NCBI GenBank assembly: GCA_965217185.1 | Contig: OZ244252.1 | Span: 3,360,001-3,424,000 of the forward strand | Length of the DNA stretch: 64,000 nt | Reading direction: 5' to 3' | From: an uncultured Candidatus Entotheonella sp. | Lineage (GTDB): Bacteria > Tectomicrobia > Entotheonellia > Entotheonellales > Entotheonellaceae | In this document: positions 61,016 to 64,000 of the stretch, piece by piece | How positions within the stretch are numbered: position 1 is the stretch's first letter | Layout of the letters: every line of letters starts with the position of its first letter | Translations under genes and position numbers: made by a program | The notes under the pieces: generated by a model | What the model was told of the DNA's origin: nothing | The model's input: only the letters and a program-made list of their open reading frames with translations | Database searches by the model: none

Positions 61016-62172
61016 TCGCGCCTGCGTTTTCAACCAGGTGGAGGATGGTCACCCTCGATGACGTTGCTGCACCTGTCCAGAACGCAATAGTTGATGGTCC
61101 GTTCGGCTCCAACCTCAAGCTCAACGACTATGTTCCTGAGGGTGTGCCAGTCCTTCAGGGGAAGAACATCACAGACGATACCTTCCGATGGTTTGATGTG
61201 AGATTCATATCAAGCGGAAAGGCCGAAGAACTCAAGCGCAGCAGTGTCCGGATCGGCGACATACTTATCGTTAAGATCGGATCCATTGGCTACTCCGCCA
61301 TTCTGGATGACCTCAATGGTTTCGATCACGCCATCATCCCGGCAAACCTCGCGAAGGTGACCCCGAATCTGTCCAAGGTGGATATTCGCTACCTGCACAG
61401 GTGGCTGATGTCGACAGCGGCGAAGAACTACTTGGTTCGTGCTGCATCCAAGACCGCTCAGCCTGCACTTAGTCTTGGGAAGATCAAAGGCCTGCCAGTT
61501 CCTCTCCCACCCCTTCCCGAGCAGCGGCGGATTGCGGAGATACTGGACAAGGCGGACGCGCTGAGGGCCCAGCGCCGGGCCGCGCTCGCCCACCTCGACA
61601 CCCTCACCCAATCCATCTTCCTTGACATGTTCGGGGACCCTGCCACGAATCCGAAGGGGTGGCCAAAACGGGACTTCGACGGGACGATGCGTGATGAGAC
61701 GTCGCGATCCGAGAGGCTTCCGCGATCCGCTTTCCTCTCTGAGGGCCGGTTCCCCGTGGTAGACCAAGGCCAGGACTTCATCGGTGGCTATTGCGATTAC
61801 CAGCGCTACGTATGCCAGTCGGCGTTGCCGGTCATTGTGTTTGGCGACCACACTCGGGTGGTGAAGCTGGTGCGCGAGCCTTTTGTTGTCGGCGCCGATG
61901 GCGCCAAGGTTTTAGTGGCGCAGTCTGGAGTCGAAGCAGACTTTCTGGCGTGGCTGCTGCAAACACTCACGATTCCGAACCTTGGTTACTCGCGACATAT
62001 GCGTGAGGTAAAGCGGATCACCTTTCCAATTCCTCCGATTCAACTTCAGCACGAGTTCTCAAGACGGATCGCGCTCATTGACAGACAACGTGCGTCCTTC
62101 CAGCGTTCGAGGATTGAGATCGATGCTCTGTTCGCCTCTCTCCAGCAGCGTGCCTTCCGAGGAGAGTTGTAG
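61012..62172 (+). CDS. hsdS: Type I restriction-modification specificity subunit S
   Basis: DGPFGSNL TRD, PLPPLPEQRRIAEILD, FLDMFGDPATNPKGW, PIPPIQLQ, AFRGEL; GTGA overlap with hsdM. Confidence 0.95.
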   Translation: MIAPAFSTRWRMVTLDDVAAPVQNAIVDGPFGSNLKLNDYVPEGVPVLQGKNITDDTFRWFDVRFISSGKAEELKRSSVRIGDILIVKIGSIGYSAILDDLNGFDHAIIPANLAKVTPNLSKVDIRYLHRWLMSTAAKNYLVRAASKTAQPALSLGKIKGLPVPLPPLPEQRRIAEILDKADALRAQRRAALAHLDTLTQSIFLDMFGDPATNPKGWPKRDFDGTMRDETSRSERLPRSAFLSEGRFPVVDQGQDFIGGYCDYQRYVCQSALPVIVFGDHTRVVKLVREPFVVGADGAKVLVAQSGVEADFLAWLLQTLTIPNLGYSRHMREVKRITFPIPPIQLQHEFSRRIALIDRQRASFQRSRIEIDALFASLQQRAFRGEL

Positions 62173-62653
62173 CCATGCGCAGCGAGTTCGTCGGCGTGTG
62201 GTCGGAGATGTGGCGGGAGGTCTGGCTCCCGCTGATCGATCAGCCGCTGTGTGAAGGCGAGGACGGCGTTCCGGAAGACATCTTCTGCGAGCTGTACCGG
62301 GAGGTCGCCAGGGCGCTTAAGGCGCAGCCATCGATCGAAGCGCTGGCCGACGTCATCGACGACCCGGTTCAAAGCCGGGAGGCCTTCAAAAAGACGACCG
62401 CGGCCGATCTCACGGGCGAGCGAGCGGTGATGACGTTCCTGGAGGCGGCGCACCCGGCATTCGATGACCTGGGCGGCGACGAGCTCTCGAACCGCTACTT
62501 CAACCTGCTCTCCAGTTTCATCGACAAGTTCAGTCTGCGCTACGACCTGCGCCGTCCCTGCATACTCTGTCCGACGCTGCCCGGAGTGTTCGCGAGCCTC
62601 GTCCGTGACCTACGGGCAATCACGACTCAGGACACGCATCTCGACAGTCTTAT

Positions 62654-63941
62654 GGGCATCTCTAATAATACCCATCTCCCACGTGGTTTAGAATCACTGA
62701 AACACGTCAACCAACAAGGCCGGAGGAGTGCAACATGGCTCAGATGGGCTTTTTCGATATCGAGAATCGCTACGCCGCTCTGGACGCCAAAAACGATCCC
62801 CTGGTGAAGGTCAACGCTGCCGTTCCGTGGGAAGCGTTCCGCAGCCGCCTGGAGAGAGTCTGGCGCAAGCCAGCCGACAAGCGCAAGTCCAATGCGGGGT
62901 GCAAGCCGTGGGATGCCATCGTCATGTTCAAGGCCATCATTTTGTGCGCCCTCTACAATCTGTCGGACGACCAGATCGAGTATCAGATGCGCGACCGCCT
63001 GTCCTTTGTGCGCTTCTTGGCCTTGACACTCGAAGACAAGGTGCCCGATGCCAAGACGGTGTGGCTCTACCGCGAACAGTTGTCACAGGCCGGCCTCATC
63101 GATGCCTTGTTCGAGGATTTCGACGGCTACCTGAAAAGCCAGGGCTACCAGGCAATGGGTGGCCAGATCATCGATGCTTCGATTGTCGCGGTTCCCATGC
63201 AACGCAATCGTCGTGACGACAATGAGCAGATCAAACGGGGTGAGACACCTGAGGCCTGGGCTGACAAGCCAGCCAAGCGTCGACAAAAGGACAGGGATGC
63301 GCGCTGGACGAAGAAGCACGGCAAGAGCCACTATGGCTACAAGAATCACGTCACCATCGACCGTCGGCACAAGCTGATACGGCGTTACCGGGTGACGGAT
63401 GCGGCGGTGCACGACAGCCAAGTGATTGAGGAGTTGCTTACGTCGGACAACACGGCAAGCGGTGTCTGGGCGGACAGCGCCTAGCGGTCGAAAGCCATTG
63501 AAGCGACGCTGAAGGCCAGGGGTTTGAGGAGTCGGATTCATCGCAAGGGCTATCGCAACCGTCCGTTGCGTGATTGGGAGAAAGCAGGCAACCAGAGCCG
63601 TTCACGGTTTCGGGTACGGGTAGAGCATGTCTTCGGGGCGCAGCAAAACGACATGGGCGGGACGTTGGTTCGCAGCATCGGGCTTGTACGGGCGAGGGCG
63701 CGGATAGGTCTTAAGAACCTTGCCTACAACATGCGTCGCCTGATTCAATTACAACGCCTTGCGAGCGCCAGTTGAGCGCCAACGGTGCGGAAGGGTGCAC
63801 CGGAGGCCCTCATTGGAAGGCGAATCCTCCTTGCAGGGAGGCAGTCCCCCTGGACAGCCGAGTTCATTTTCTCACCGACATGCCAGCGAATTGCCACTCT
63901 CGCCATCTATGACTATCCACGAGGCATTTTTCGAGATGCCC
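62654..63941 (+). mobile_element. IS5-family insertion sequence (1288 bp)
   Basis: Terminal inverted repeats GGGCATCTCTAATAATACC / GGGCATCTCGAAAAATGCC (16/19); TTAT duplicated at 62650-62653 and 63942-63945 (could also be read as a 6-bp CTTATG duplication). Confidence 0.92.
62735..63775 (+). pseudogene. IS5-family DDE transposase with an internal amber stop at 63482-63484
   Basis: YNLSD, DRLSF, PDAKT, IIDAS, DARWTKK, GYKNH, VHDS, ADSA*RS, RVRVEHVFG, NLAYN; both track ORFs are in the same frame. Confidence 0.9.
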
Positions 63942-64000
63942 TTATGAAGGACTTCGAGGAGTCAGTCCGGGACCTGCGAATTGATTGCTCGGATCGAAGG

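Larger units (their letters stand above)
62175..64000 (+). pseudogene. Unknown RM-embedded gene interrupted by the IS (N-terminal part 62175-62653; resumes at 63946 and runs off the window)
   Basis: Removing the IS and one TTAT copy restores the frame: ...THLDSLMKDFEESVRDLRIDCSDRR. Confidence 0.8.

Noticed and set aside
62654..62807. C-terminal tail of the 210-aa ORF 62175-62807
   Set aside because: It is read-through into IS sequence, not the native C-terminus
63482..63484. Programmed amber recoding (pyrrolysine or readthrough) in the transposase
   Set aside because: TAG is used as a normal stop elsewhere (e.g. dapL, clpP, clpX), no pyl genes are in view, and a single nonsense change is simpler

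Overview
High-GC chromosomal window (roughly 60-65% by eye) from a diderm bacterium: it carries the LPS genes gmhA, hldE, kdsA and kdsD and a TonB-like gene. The gene style is reminiscent of Nitrospinota/Tectomicrobia or deltaproteobacteria-like lineages, but that is only an impression. Most of the window is housekeeping: trpBA, chdC(hemQ), the heptose/KDO operon, dapL, valS, four tRNAs, tig-clpP-clpX, infC-rpmI-rplT, zapB/zapA, holB, hrcA-prmA-rsmE, purHD, glnB, glpK-gpsA, larB-larC, an acyl-CoA carboxylase, hemE-hemH-hemY, an amidase and citrate synthase. There are two accessory patches. (1) 14.8-17.7 kb: an AAA/DUF4143 ATPase plus an unknown ~480-aa protein with a C-terminal PD-(D/E)xK motif, a candidate defence cassette. 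(2) 58.8 kb to the end: a wrecked FitAB/VapBC toxin-antitoxin locus, an IHF site, type I RM hsdM-hsdS and an RM-embedded unknown gene cut by an IS5-family element whose transposase has a nonsense codon. Other points of note are a coproporphyrin-dependent heme pathway in an LPS-containing organism, a ferrochelatase with an unusual N-terminal CC-X5-C-X6-C insert, a LarC whose N-terminal metal motifs are all degenerate, a long insertion-rich ValRS, an AUA start for infC, and hrcA uncoupled from grpE-dnaK-dnaJ. All calls come from motif recognition by eye; no database searches were run.
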